A stretch of 64,000 nt of DNA from Phaeosaccion multiseriatum (taxonomy: Eukaryota > Protista > Ochrophyta, other classes): the NCBI GenBank assembly GCA_965112735.1, contig OZ218956.1, positions 2,170,001-2,234,000 of the forward strand. The letters are read 5' to 3'. This document shows positions 23,306 through 36,147 of the stretch, one piece after another. The translations under genes and the position numbers were made by a program. Position 1 is the stretch's first letter; every line of letters starts with the position of its first letter. The notes below the pieces were generated by a model, which saw only the letters and a list, made by a program, of their open reading frames with translations, was not told the DNA's origin and did not search any database.

Positions 23306-24262
23306 CTAAAGTTCCGGTTGCTTATCCCGCCGGGAGTTCCAAGGCAGCGGCGTGGGAATCACAGCAACGCCATTGGAGAGCAGCCCCCACAGCCGCAGCG
23401 AGCGCTGCAGGGTGCCCGCAACGTCTTGGTACAGAGCCTTGGCGGGGTTGATTCTTGAAAAGCCCACCAACACGTACCGCGTACCGCTTGTGATCTCCAG
23501 CCCCGCGTGCTGAAGCATGGCGGGGTGCACTAACCCTACCCCCTTGGGCGTGATGAGTTTCTTCTCGTCGAGGCCTCTGTACCACACCCCGCCGCCGGAA
23601 AAGTCGGAGGGGTCGGACAAGGCAATGTCAAAGCTCACGTGGCCGAGGTCAATGTGGACGTCCAGCGCTCGCTGCCGCTCCATTGAGTAACGCACGATGA
23701 ACATGTCAAACGGGTCCCAAACGCCTTGGTAGCGGTGCTCGATGAAGGGCCGCAAGCGCTCGTCCAGCAGATCATTGATGAAGTTTGCCACTGTTGGGAC
23801 ATCTGCCACTGGGATGTCTTCTGTAGGGTGGTAGCGATGCCTCACCGTCGTCCACCCCTCCACGCTCGTCACACGCTGAGTTTCCTGGACGATCCAGTCA
23901 CACTCGGCGGGGGTGAACAGTTCCAGTTCGTAGATTCGAGAGGTGCGGTTCTCGCTCGTGAGCGAAGCGCAAAGCACAAATATGCACACAGCTCCCATAG
24001 AGTAGTACAAAGGGTTGATACCCCTACTCTTCCAGCCCAAGAAAACCATGTAGGCCGGAACACTGTAGCCTATCAAAAGCACCATGAGCCATTGTGGCAT
24101 CACCGCAGTGCAGAAGAACGACACGGCTGCCAATATGGGCTTCGCTTGCGGCAAAGTACTTAAACCGTAGATCGCCACAAGGATTATGAGGTTCCAAGGA
24201 GGAGTGAAGCCCTTCTTGGCCTCCATCTCCTCTCCTCGACGCTCTTTCCCTCCACTGCTCAT
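23306..24262 (-). CDS. Membrane-anchored 2OG-Fe(II) dioxygenase (prolyl/lysyl-hydroxylase-like)
   Basis: N-terminal hydrophobic helices; FIVRYS..QRALDVHID (HxD), DFSGGG, LQHAGLEITSGTRYVLVGF (distal His and 2OG-binding Arg). Confidence 0.85.
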   Translation of the reverse strand: MSSGGKERRGEEMEAKKGFTPPWNLIILVAIYGLSTLPQAKPILAAVSFFCTAVMPQWLMVLLIGYSVPAYMVFLGWKSRGINPLYYSMGAVCIFVLCASLTSENRTSRIYELELFTPAECDWIVQETQRVTSVEGWTTVRHRYHPTEDIPVADVPTVANFINDLLDERLRPFIEHRYQGVWDPFDMFIVRYSMERQRALDVHIDLGHVSFDIALSDPSDFSGGGVWYRGLDEKKLITPKGVGLVHPAMLQHAGLEITSGTRYVLVGFSRINPAKALYQDVAGTLQRSLRLWGLLSNGVAVIPTPLPWNSRRDKQPEL

Positions 24263-24559
24263 TCTTCCTCCCTCCTTTCCTTCCCTCCTTCCCGTCTCTC
24301 AATGTATTGTCACGCTCCTTGTCCTCTTCTACTGTCGTTCTGCTCTCTTTTTCTGTTATCTTTTCTAAGATAGAAGATTGAGGAGCAAGCGACCCATCCG
24401 TCCTTCCGTCCCTCCCTCACGTACCTGATCAAAGTGAAGATAAGGAGGAGTGCAAAGAAGTGAGCGCCCTGCGTTTGCAAAAGAAGGAAGGAGTAGAGCA
24501 CCAACACACGAAGATGGGAGTCTGTGAGTTGAGGAGGAGAGGGGAACAGCCACAAAAAG

Positions 24560-25352
24560 ATGGCAGGGAAGAAGGCCGTCGTGTTCCTCCTGGACTGCGG
24601 GTGCACCATGAAGCCGCACTTACCCGAGGCGCTGGACTTGGTGAAGGGCAAGATGCTGCAGCTCATGCTCGCCTCCAAGACGCACGAGGTGGGGCTTATT
24701 ACCTTCGGGGTGGACAGTAACGACACCAACAACCAGCTGGCCAGCGAGAAGCCGGATCAAGGGTGGGTGGAAGAGGAAAGAGGGCCCAGTGTCTCACGTG
24801 TCCCGGTTATGTTCTGTCACTCTATCCTTCCTCTTCTCCGCTATATCCATGCTCCTCCTGCTCCTCCTTCTTCTTCGTCTTCTTCTCCTCCTCCTCCTCC
24901 TCCTCCTCCTCCTCCTCCCCCTCCTCCTCCTCCTCCTCCTCCTCCTCCTCCTCCTCCTCCTCCTCCTCCTCCTCCTCCTCCTCCTCCTCCTCCTCCTCCT
25001 CCTCCTCCTCCTCCTCCTCCTCCTCCTCCTCCTCCTCCTCCTCCTCCTCCTCCTCCTCCTCCTCCTCCTCCTCCTCACCCTCCTCCTCCTCCCCCTCCTC
25101 CTCCTCCTCCTCCTCCCCCGCCCCTTAGGTACGAGGGCATCTGCGAATTCATGCAGCTGGAGAGGACTAGGGGCGAGATGCTTCGCAGGCTGAAGGACGT
25201 CAAGACGTACCCCGATAGCAAGGGAGACTTGCTCAGCGCTTTGGTGGTAGCACATCACGCCTTGACGCTGCGTACCGCGAAAAAGAAGGTCTGTCAGAGT
25301 CGAAATAAGAGTCCGTAGAGAGGAGTGATAAGTGGCCATCAAAAGAAGCATG

Positions 25353-25385
<33 letters not shown>

Positions 25386-28300
25386 ATGTCCGTGGGGGGA
25401 ATGTATGTGTCTAACCGGTGGTCGCTGGGAGGAGTGGTGTGGGGCGGGGAGCGTCATGTGGCTGCTATTGGTAGAAGGCAGTGGAAGGCAGATGGCGGGG
25501 AGAGTCTCTGTTGAATGCCAAGGGGCCTTGGGGCATGGTCATCAGCATACAGTAACAGTGTATACCCCCTGTGGTCGTCAGCATGCAGTAGCAGGGCATC
25601 ACGCCCCCCCCACACACACACTCACTTACTTCCGTCATACTGACAAGGGAGGTGGTCCGATGGGCCGAGGCCGAGGCAGAGGCAGGGAGCAAGGGAGTAG
25701 AGGAGGCATGGGCATGAGCATCGGTGCGAGTACCAGCCAAGCCCACGACGACGAGGTTGGCGCTGGAGCAGTTGGTGATACAGGAGTAGGGGAGAGGGGG
25801 GAGGGGGGAGGTGGGCGCACAGCGGTCGGGAGGCCAGACCAGCACACTTCCTCACTGCAGTCTGCGTACAGAACGGCTTCCCTTCCTCACTCATACTCTC
25901 TTTACTCCCCCCCCCCATCCCCTCCACATGCACACACACACGCGCGCGCACACACACGCAACACACACGCACACACACACGTCAGTACGAGCGGCACATA
26001 TACGTCATCACCGACTGCTGTACCGAAGTTGAGGACCCCTCAGACCTGAGGAAGATCGTCGCGATGCACAAAGAGGACGGGAGGGAGGCGGTGGTGCACC
26101 TCGTGCTCTGCGGAGGGTCGCGCGTGGAGGAGAGGAGGGTGAAGGAGGAGGCGGGGGAGAAGGAGGAGGGGGAGGAGGGCGCGTACGATGTCAAGTTGGT
26201 AAGTGCACATAGGAGAAGGGGGGAGGGTGAGGGGAGAGTAGGGGAGAGAAGGGGACAGACAGAAGGAAGGTCTCGCCTCGAAACAAGCACATAAGTTGTG
26301 TGCATACAGCCAGTATGACATGTCCAGCACAGTAAATCAGTACGTAGCACAAGGAGGGAGGAGGAGACCAGGTATCACCCAACAATGGCATCAACTTCTC
26401 TTCTCCTCTTCTCTTCTCCTCTTCTCAGGAGACCGAGAAGATGATGCGCAGCATAGCGAAGGTCCTGAAGGGCAAGGCGCTCTGCGTGGAGCCCTTTATC
26501 AAGCAACTCGCCAATGAAGTGTCCACCAGCACGCCGCAGAAGGTGTGGAAGGGGAGGGGAGGGAGAGAGGGAGGGAGGGAGGGAGGGAGAGAGGGAGGGG
26601 GGAAGGGAGAGATGAAGGCAGGAAGAGAGGGATAAAGGGAGGGAGGGGGAGGGGGAGGAAGGAAGGGAGGGAGGGAGGGAGGGAGGGATGAAGGGAGGGA
26701 GGGAGGGATAAAGGGAGGGATGAATGGAGGAAGAGAGGGATGAAGGGAGGGAGGGAGGGAGGGAGGGAGGGATGAAGAAAGGAAGAGAGGCATGAAGGGA
26801 GGGAGGGAGGGAGGAGGGATAAAGGGAGAAAGAGAGGGATGAAGGGAGGGAGGGAGGGAGGGAGGGAGGGAGGGAGGAGGGATAAAGGGAGAAAGAGAGG
26901 GATAAAGGGAGGGAGGGAGGGTCAGGATACACGCACCCCCGCAGGCGTTGAGACAGGCAGGAGAGAGCCCCTCTGCTTCGCCACGCATGATGCCAACATC
27001 GTCCTCAAACCCTTTGTGATACTATCCCCCTCGTCTTACCTGTTTTTCCCTCTCTTCCCCTCCCTCCCTCCCTCTCTCCCTCCCCTGGCTTTCCGAGTGC
27101 AGGTGAAGATCGACATGACGCTGGGAACCAAGCTCACACTCAAGTGTGTGTACTTCAAGAGGAACGCGGCCTCGACGCTTGACCCCCTCAAGAAGGAGTC
27201 CCGCGCCTCACGGAATGAAGAGGAAAAGGACAGCGGAAAGTGCGTAGTCTTTGTTGTGCTTTGCTTCTTCGCTTGTTGCCCTTGTCATCGTCTATCTTCC
27301 ATTTCTTTCCCATCCCTATTCTCTTTGTGTATGTGTATGTATTCAGCCCCATCTTCCCTCATCCTTCGTGTGCCTTGCTTTGCTTTGCTGCGCTGCAGAG
27401 TTGTCAACGAGAAGACGTACCGGGACCCTGAGGACCCCACCTCGGAGCTCGAGTTCACGAAAGAGGTCAGTCAGCCAGTCACTCACTCACTCACTCACTC
27501 ACTCACTCACCCACTCACTCACTCACTCACTCACTCACTCACCTTGGGCATTGCAGACATAAACCGCTTCCCTCCACTCACTCCTTCCCCCCTCTCTCCC
27601 TGCAGGTGCGGGGCTTTCCTTACGGCAAGACGTGCATCCCCTTCACGGACACAGACCAGGACGCCATGCATCTCGCCCGAGAGGAGGCCGCCATTAAGGT
27701 CAGCAAGTCACTGAAAGTCGGCAGGACAGGACAGGGCAAAGCAGGGCAGCCCCTCTCTCCCCGTGAGAGGATATTGGATGAGCCCCGGACCCCCCCTCCC
27801 CTCCCCCCCCTCCCTCCCCTCCCTCCCCTCCCTCCCCTCTCTCCCCTCCCTCCCCTCCCTCCCCTCTCTCCCCTCCCTCTCCTCCCTCCCCTCCCTCCCA
27901 TCCCTCTCCCCCCTCCCCTCCCTCCCTCCCTCCCTCCCTCCCTCCCCTTCTTCTCCTCCCTCTCTTCCTCCCTCTCTCCCCCTCCCTTCCTCCCTCCTCT
28001 TCCTCTCCTCCCTCCCTCCGACCGATCGGCGCCTCCCCTCTCTTGACCGTTGCCGTGCCAAAGCCCACTACCCACTAACCTCCTGCATCCCTTCATCCCC
28101 CCCCTCTTGCCACCCCCCGGTAGATCATAGGCTTCGTGGGCAGAGGCGAGATACCACAGAACCTCTTTCTATCTGAGGCACACGTCCTCTGCGGCCAAAC
28201 CACAACCAACGCCAAAGGTGGGGTGTGTATGTGTTGTGTGTGTGGGGGGGGGGGGGGATGGGTGGGTGGGTGTGGTTGGAGGTGCATGGGTGGGTGGGTC

Positions 28301-31274
28301 ATTGTGTGTGGGTCGACCAAGCTGTCTCCTCTAATCGGCGCTATACTTCTACTGCACATCCTTCCTCCCTCCCTGCCTGCCCATATGCCTGCCTACTATA
28401 CTGTGGTATGCTGTGCCCCGCCCCCCTTCCCGCCCCCTCCCCAGGAGTGGCTGCTCTGTCTCGGGCCATGCAGAGCTCGTCCATGGTGGCCATAGCCCGT
28501 ATCCTCAAGCGCACGAGTGAGAAACCCAACCCCCTCCTCAGCGCCATCTTCCCTGACGACAGCAAGAGCGTGCCTTACGACAGGCTCCTGTTCGTTCAGG
28601 TGGGGCTGGGGCACTTCTATTCATATATGCCACTCATACGCCTCTTGTATGCCTCTCGTATGGGTCTCGTATGCCTCTCGTATTCCTCTCATATGCCTCT
28701 CATGTGCCTTTCGTATGCCTCTCGTATGCCTCTCATATGCCTCTCGTATGCCTCTCATATGCCTCTCATATGCCTCTCATATGCCTCTCGTATGCCTCTC
28801 ATATGCCTCTCGTATGCCTCTCATATGCCTCTCATATGCCTCTCATATGCCTCTCACATGCCTCTCATATGCCCTCTCGTATGCCTCTCATATGCCTCTC
28901 ACATGCCTCTCATATGCCCTCTCGTATGCCTCTCATATGCCTCTCGTATGCCTCTCGCATGCCCGTCCTGACACCCAATCGCTGCCCGTCCGTCCGGACA
29001 CCTCCCCCCCCTCTCCCCTCCCCGATAGCTGCCCTTCGCGCGAGACCTGCGCGACTTCACCTTCCCCTCCTTCAAAAAGGCCTCCAGCAAGGACCTTCCC
29101 GACGAGGAGCAGCTCAAGGTGGCCGAGGCGTTGGTCGAAAGCATGATGTTACCGCCCCTGCCTACTGACGATCCCATCAGGCACGTTACTGTTACTTGGG
29201 GGGACAGGTGGAGAGGGAGGGGGAGGGGGAGGAGGCTGTCCCTGTCAGGGCGATTGGGTTGGGTTGGGTGGGTTTATGTTACATTTTCACATTTTACTGA
29301 CTATTGCTCCTGTCCTCTTCTCCGCCCCCCGCCTTTCTCTCCTCTCCTGCTGCCCTTCTCCTCCTTTCCTCTCCCCTCGCAGGGCCGGCTTGATGCCCAA
29401 CCCATGGCTCATTCACTACCGAGACGCGGTGGTGGCGCGCATCATGGACAAGGAGGCAGCCATCCCGCCCATGTCCGAGCAGATCAAGGTAAGACAGGAT
29501 GTAACTGTCTTCTGTAACGGTCTGTCACAATCTGCTTGTGATTGTCCATGGTTGTTTGTGTCTGTCTTTCTATGACTCTCTGGCGCTATTGTATCGAAGT
29601 ATCGAAGACGGTGAGGTGAATGTGTGAGTGCGATTGCCTAGAGAGTCAGGGAGGGAGGGAGGGAGGGAGGGAGGGAGGGAGGGGTGCCTTAGCAGAAAGA
29701 GGAAAGGGCAGCTTGTCAGAGGGGGCTCAGGGAAGGAAGGAAGGAACGAAGCGAGGGTGTGTCTGTAGGCGATAGGACCACCTAGGCAGTGCACAAATGA
29801 TCATCACGTTATGTGTGTGTGGCGTGTCTCATCCTCTCTCTCACTCCTTTCCTCCTCCTCCTCCTCCTCCTGCTCCTGCTCCCTCCTGCAGGCCCTCATC
29901 AACGTCGAGTCGGGCATGCTCTCCACTGCTCAGCCCGCCTTCTCCGCCTTCAGTCAACGCTTCCCGCTCAAGAAGAGCGAGGCCACTGCCAAGAACCGCC
30001 CTACGCACTTCTTCTCTGACGAGCCCATCGCACAGGGTAGCCTGAAGGTGGACAAGGGGGGGAAGGGAGAGGGTGATGGGAAGAGGAAGGGGGATGCAGA
30101 CGACGAGGGGGTGGAAGAGAGCAAGGAGGGGGGCGAAGAGCAAGCGGGTGGGGCCTCGAAGAAGCAAAAGACGGCTGCGGATGTGAAGGTGAGTGCGGGA
30201 GATGGGGGCTGGACTGTGCTGTGTAGGGGGGGTGGAGCTTTGAAAGGCGGAGCAAGAGGGTGGGGAAGCTGAGGGGGGACGAGCTTCGAGCGGGCATTCA
30301 TACATCCACATACGTACATTCAGAAACCCACCCAGCGCCCTTGACTGATCTGCAGTAACCCCCTCCCTCCCCCGCCCCACCTGCGCTCTTACTTGCGATG
30401 GTATTGCACACGCACACACACGAACACACACACACACACACGAACACGAACACACACTCGCACGCACGCCCACAACGACACCTACAAACACGCACACGCA
30501 CACACAACTATACACACATACACGTACAGATAAGTGCGGAGGACCCCGTGGAAGACTTCAATCGCCTGGTTTCCGAGTCCGCGCTTCCCTTACCCTCCCT
30601 GCTGCAACAACTCGAGGGCATGGTGGCCTTCTTGGTGGAGGAGGGGCAATTGGACTCACAGCGAAGGAAGGCCGTCAAGTGTTGTGTGGCGCTACGGGCT
30701 ACGTGCGAGGGGGAGGCAAGGAAGAGGAAGAACAAGTCCGGTGGCGAGCCGGACGAGGGAGGGGGAGAGGGAGAGGTGGGAGGGAAACGCTTCAACAGCT
30801 TCATGCAGGGGGTGAAGGCGAAGTACGCACGGGCCGGGGGGGCGCACGAACCCTTCTGGGCCAAGTTGGTGGAGGCCGGGGTAGGGCTGTTGTCCAAGGA
30901 GGAGGACGAGGAGGTGAAGGAGAGCGACGAACAAGTCAAGGTGTGTGAATGAGTGGGTGGGGTGGGTGGGGGTGGAGAGGTGAGTGGGTGGGGAGGTGTC
31001 GAGGGTCAGACCCTGGCCACCAAGACCAAGTATAGAGGGCCACAACGAAGGCCCCGTGTGAGGCAGTTACAGTACCGTTACAAAGTGCCTTGGTGGAGGG
31101 TGAGGCGCCACGTGCTGTGGTGCATTCCTGTGTCTTTATTTCTTCCCTTTGTTCATGTCTCATGATGGTGTTCAATATGCCCGCGTGATTGCTCGATGCG
31201 ATTGGTTGATTGACTGATTGATTGCCTTGCTTGCTTGCTTGCGTGTGTACGTACGCACGTGCTTGTGTGGGTGC

Positions 31275-31310
<36 letters not shown>

Positions 31311-31520
31311 ATTTGTGCGTGTGTGTGTGGGTGGGTGGGTGTGTGTGTGTGTGTGTGTGGGTGTGTGTGTGGATTTGTGCGTGCGTGTGTGTGTGTGTGT
31401 GTGTGTGTGGCTCCTCAGGCCTTCTTGGAAGCAGAGGAGGAGGCCCCTGGGGCGGACGCCACGCAAGCGCTCCCCACAGCCATGGACGAGGACCAAGATG
31501 ACGACGACGCGTTCGACTGA
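24560..31520 (+). CDS. KU80: Ku80 (NHEJ DNA end-binding subunit)
   Basis: 14 exons: 24560-24762, 25129-25288, 25986-26198, 26429-26542, 27103-27239, 27399-27465, 27606-27698, 28124-28217, 28445-28599, 29029-29180, 29383-29488, 29892-30188, 30530-30940, 31419-31520. vWA start [57 protein letters not shown]-terminal domain PVEDF...[10 protein letters not shown]...FNSFM...FWAKL..GLLSKEE. Confidence 0.9.
24885..25118 (+). repeat. (CCT)n microsatellite in KU80 intron 1
   Basis: Long CCT run ending just before the acceptor at 25128. Confidence 0.95.
28626..28963 (+). repeat. 11-bp minisatellite (RTATGCCTCTC)n in KU80 intron 9
   Basis: About 30 tandem ATATGCCTCTC/GTATGCCTCTC units. Confidence 0.93.
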
Positions 31521-32503
31521 TCGGATTCGACCCAGCCCTCACAACTCTACCTACCCATCTACCTATCTGCCTACCTTCCTACCTACCTACCTGCCTACCT
31601 ACCTACTAACCACCCACCCACCTACCTCCCTACCCGCCTACCTGGTGTCGGCCTTTTTCTCCTCCATACCGGTACACCTACACCGTTGACTCCAAGGCTG
31701 GTTGGTGGTTTGAGGGGAGGATGAACTCTCCAGCAAGTCGAGGATAAGCAAAGGCAGTGCGGCGCAAGTACTCCTCGCAGCTCCCAGCCTCTTCCTCCTT
31801 ATGCTCTGATGGAGGCAAGTAAGGAGGGGTTGGAGAGGCCAGGGCTGGGTGGGGCCGGCGAGCATTTTGAAGGGCTTCTTTGTTGTCGATTGTTGTAACT
31901 CTTGACCACCAAGAGCTGAAGGACTGAAGCGCCCCCGGCCAAGCCCCTTCGCTTTACAACACACCAACATAGTCGCATCAAGGAGTAGACAAGAGAGTGG
32001 CGCCCCTCCGAGCTCATAACAGAATGTATGTATGTATGTATGTATGTATGTATGTATGTATGTATGTATGTATGATTACAGAACGTGTTACGTAAACTTA
32101 CGACATGCCAAGCGCTCCAAGCGCACAGCGCAGGCACAGGTCATGGCGAGATGACTCAGTCAAAAGGGTGTGGCGGTGTGGCTGACCGGTACCATACGAT
32201 CGTATTCGGAATGGTCTTTGGGGACTGGGATGATCTGCTCGTCCTGGTTTGAGTGCCCCTCTGCCTGATTTGATCTCTCCCACCCAACGCCTCCCACTCC
32301 ACCCTACTACCAAAGCACTGCATCGAGCGTCGCTCTGCTGTGATGAAGCTTGCTTCTCTTCACATCCCCGAACACGACACCTGCCCAAACACAGCACGCC
32401 GTCGTGGTGTACATCATAGTGTCTGAGTTTGGCATGCTACGCGCCCCTATGTGTACGCACTACACGCAGCACGCCGCACACAACACACACTCTGGCACAC
32501 GCC

Positions 32504-32534
<31 letters not shown>

Positions 32535-32600
32535 ACCCCTCCCCCCCAGGGATGTGTCCCTTGCCTCCCTTCCAGTGGAGACCACTCTCTCTACCTCCTC

Positions 32601-33198
32601 TTACATCAAGCGTCCGTCTGTGATGAGCTCATGCACTTGCATCTTCATCTTCCCATCAAGTTTCTTCACGACGTTGGCCTTGAGCTCCGTGACCTTCGCA
32701 CGGGCCTCGGCGATTGTCGGTGCGGACTCAAGTCTGTTGAGCCTTTGTCCGCTTCGACGATACAGAGTTCACAGACGTGGGGCGATCACAGCCCACTGGA
32801 CGAGGTAGTTGACGGCAGGAAGCATGAAGTCGACTGTTTGGTAGAACGCCACACGCATATCCAAACTCAACATCAAACATAAGATTCGTCTGTGATGCCC
32901 TTCGACGACCTGGGCGGCAGAGAGCGTCAGCAACAGCAGGACGGTTAGATCGAGAGGGGGGCTGACACATGTGCAGGCACACATACATACTTACATCAGG
33001 GTTCTCGAGCTTCGGCCAGAATCCCTCCATGCTCTCCCAGAAGGCACCCGCGTTGAGCAGCTTGGTGAAGATGCTGCTGAAGGCAAAGACGGCCATCTCC
33101 CACGCGTACTGCGCGTCCTCAGACACCTTCACCTGGTTCGCTTGCACGTTGGAGCTCAGTCTGCTCGTGAGCTCCGCCAACTTCGCCGTTGCTTCCAT
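32601..33198 (-). pseudogene. Spliced gene fragment with an internal in-frame TGA (unknown product)
   Basis: MEATAKLAEL...WPKLENPD, then a canonical intron 32994-32910 (GTAAGT..CTAAC..CAG), then VVEGHHRR...IAPRL* with the frame continuing TLYRR...ITDGRLM* with coding-like codon use. Confidence 0.4.
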
Positions 33199-33451
33199 GT
33201 CCCGCTCCTCCCGATGCTTCTTCTGCGCGCACACACCTACCTGACGAGAGCTGGGGGGGCGGCTTCCTCCGTGCTTGGATGACCTGGCACCGAGGTCGTC
33301 CGTCCCGTGTATCACGTCGCCGAGTGCTGCGCGCGCCGCACTCGAGTGCTCTCTCCCACTTGCATTTGGGCAGTGCTTGCCCACGACGGGAGGAGACCCA
33401 CCAGGCAGACAGGCAGACAGGCAGGCCGGCGCTGAGAGGTCGTCCCAATCA

Positions 33452-35937
33452 TCACGCCTCGTCTTCTTCTGCTCGGCCCTCGGCCCCGAACAGCCCCACC
33501 TCCATCTCTCGCACCACCCTGGGCAACCACTCCAACGCGTGCACGGCGCTCATGCTGCGGCGGCGGCCGCTCTGCTCGCTTCTCGGCAGAGAATACACGC
33601 TCTGGGCGTGACCTTGAACCTGAGCCTGAGCCTGACACTGACCACCCTCGTCCCTCCGGCCTCTGCTGCTGCTGCTGCTGCTGCTGTGCTCTTCATCGGC
33701 CTGTCCGATGTAGAAGGCACCCCATGTGGCCTGTTTCACCATACCACAGGCCCAGAAGGCAGCCCACAACATCATGTCATCTCGTTCTTCTTGTTCTCCT
33801 TCTCCTCCTTGGGCTGCTGCTGCGGCGGCTGCTGCTTGTCGTTGAATGGCTGCCCAAGCGAGAGTGGTGGCCATGCTTCCCGACAGCACGTCCCCCAACC
33901 CTCCACAGCGCTTGAGCCCCCCCGGGGACGTGTTGACGAGCACCTTACGGCCGTCGCTGATAACGTCGTTGCCCCCCTTGAGCACGATGATTACGTTGCC
34001 CAACAAGGAGGAGAGTTCCTTCACGTCGGAGGGAGAGCCTGCAGGACAGGACAGACGGAGGAGCAAGGCAAAGCAGGGCAAAGCACCCGTTGTGTCAGGC
34101 ACACGCACACACGCACGCACAGCAGCAACACACGCACACACAATGCTCGTAAGAGACAAGGCTGGAGTTTCGTTGTTCCCACACGAACCACTGCCTTCCA
34201 CTGCCTTCCGTCTGCTCCCGCGTGCCTTCCACTGCCTTCTCCCGTTACCTTCCGACTTGCGCGTCTCAAAAGCGCCCCACAGGCGCTGAAACTCCACAAT
34301 GTTGGGTGTCAGGACGGCCTTCTCATAGCCCTGACAGAAGCAAGACAGACAGAGACAGGCAGATACACAAAGAGAGAGAGAATAGGTAGAAAGAGGTAGA
34401 GAGAGAGACGGTTGCAGAGCAGCAGCAGCAGTGTCAGAACCGAGCCCGCCACACACAAAGGAATGCACGTTGTTGTACAGGAGGACAACGGAGTGCAGTG
34501 AGTGCGACAGAGACACTCCTTACCGAGACGATGTCCGGGCGTTTGGAGAGCAAGAATAACGCGTCCGCGTCAAACACAAGAGGCAGCGACCTTTCCCGCG
34601 CAAGTTGCACCACCTGCGCCGCCGGCAGTGAAGCAGTAAGTCAGCAAGTGGGCCAGTCCGTGAGTGGGACGGAGGGCAGAGGCAGAGCAGTAAGGGGTTC
34701 CAGGCGGAGCAGGAACATCAGCGGGGGGCAGGGACTCTCGCTCTTCCGTTTCGCACACATGCCAGGCAAGTCCCCAACCACCCCACACCAGCACCTCACA
34801 CCACGCAGAGAGCCTCGCCAAGGGACAAAACACACCGCTATGTGTTGCCAGGTGTAGGTGTAGGTGTAGGTGTGGGTGTGTGTGTATGCGTGTGCATGTG
34901 TGTGCTTCCTACTCTTCTGACCTTCTCGACGGCCTTGAAGACAGTTTCGTCTCTTCCCAGACCGGGCCCGATGACCAGGGAGTGCAGCTTGGGCAGCAGA
35001 TCCCCAACCTTGCCCACCATCTGCTGCACCGCCTGCTCCTTTCCCCCAGGCCACTCGGCATCGTAGACAGGCGTGACCTGCACGGGGTCATGCGTGTACG
35101 CGTGGATGCGGTGGGTTGGCAGTTTTGCAGCGTACACGCTTCTGGTAAACCGACACTGTGACCTCCTCTCTTTGTACACACCCAAGAAGGGTCAAGTCTA
35201 TGTCTACCAATGTACTGCCTCCGCAAACAGAGGACGCATCTGGCCTTGGCATTTTAAGCTCCACCCCTTCCCTCCGGCCGCCGCGGATGTATGCAGCAAC
35301 ATAAAGCACCGCGACAACGTCGCCCAGCCCCCTTCTCCATTCCCTCTGCCTTGCTCACCATGAGCTCGGGGCTGTACCCTTTGATTGCCGGGGCTGCCTG
35401 CGCCGCAGTAAGCACATAGGAGAGATCGGCCCCTACCCGAAGCGCCGCCATGGCTGCAAAATAAGGAGCGCCTGTGTAGTCGGGCGAGCCGCCGAGGACG
35501 GCCACACGCCCCTGACTGCCCTTGTGGTCCGCCTCCGTCATCTCTGGGATGAGGCGGCGGAGGGAGCTGCGCATGAGGGCGAGCGAAGCCGCGTCGGGAG
35601 GTTGGCTGGGGTCTGGAGACCCCAACTCGATGACTTCCTGGTCAGCTAATCTTCGTGTTGGTACCGCTGCTGCTGCCGTTGCTGCTGTCACTGCTGCCGC
35701 TGCTGCTGCCGGTGCTGGGGGGAGGGTGTTGAAGCAATTGGAAACGTTGTGTGCGAGTTATTGTTTAAAGAGGAAGCGAAGGGACAGAGAGGGGAAGTGG
35801 GCATGTTGGAAGTGAGGCTTCGACGTACTTGTTTGGAGCCACATTCTCCTCCCCAAGGATTGCGAAGGAGCCCACGCGAAGGCCAAGATGGACGAGTGGC
35901 CTACTGTCGACACTAAAGTACTGCTAAGGCCTATCAT
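33452..35937 (-). CDS. NAXD: ATP-dependent (S)-NAD(P)H-hydrate dehydratase
   Basis: Exons 35937-35829, 35714-35359, 35077-34922, 34613-34524, 34330-34249, 34038-33452. Motifs: HKGSQGRVAVLGGSPDYTGAPYF, LVIGPGLGR, VFDADAL, VLTPNIVEF, KRCGGLGDVLSG. The first exon looks like a targeting presequence. Confidence 0.93.
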
Positions 35938-36029
35938 TAGAAGGAGAGAGAGAGAGGGAGAAGGAGAGAGAGAGAGAGAGGGAGAGGAGAGAAAAAAAAA
36001 AAAAAAAAAAAGTCTAGTAAGTCATTAAC

Positions 36030-36061
36030 TCGACATTCAATATTCAATGTCGATTTCCCGC
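36030..36061. promoter_or_regulatory. 24-bp near-perfect palindrome plus adjacent E2F-consensus site in the NAXD/CYP97B bidirectional promoter
   Basis: TCGACATTCAAT-ATTCAATGTCGA (1 mismatch) at 36030-36053, followed by TTTCCCGC at 36054-36061. Confidence 0.45.
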
Positions 36062-36147
36062 TCATGCTGGTGCCTTCATTTTTTCATTTTTGGTAACAAT
36101 TGCGAGTGAAGGACACGATAACGATAATAGGTTGGGGCTAAAGAAAG

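Noticed and set aside
24789-25369. Poly-P/L/S/R/E/G and VCVC/HTHT ORFs throughout the ORF track
   Set aside because: Translations of intronic microsatellites or antisense shadows of real exons.
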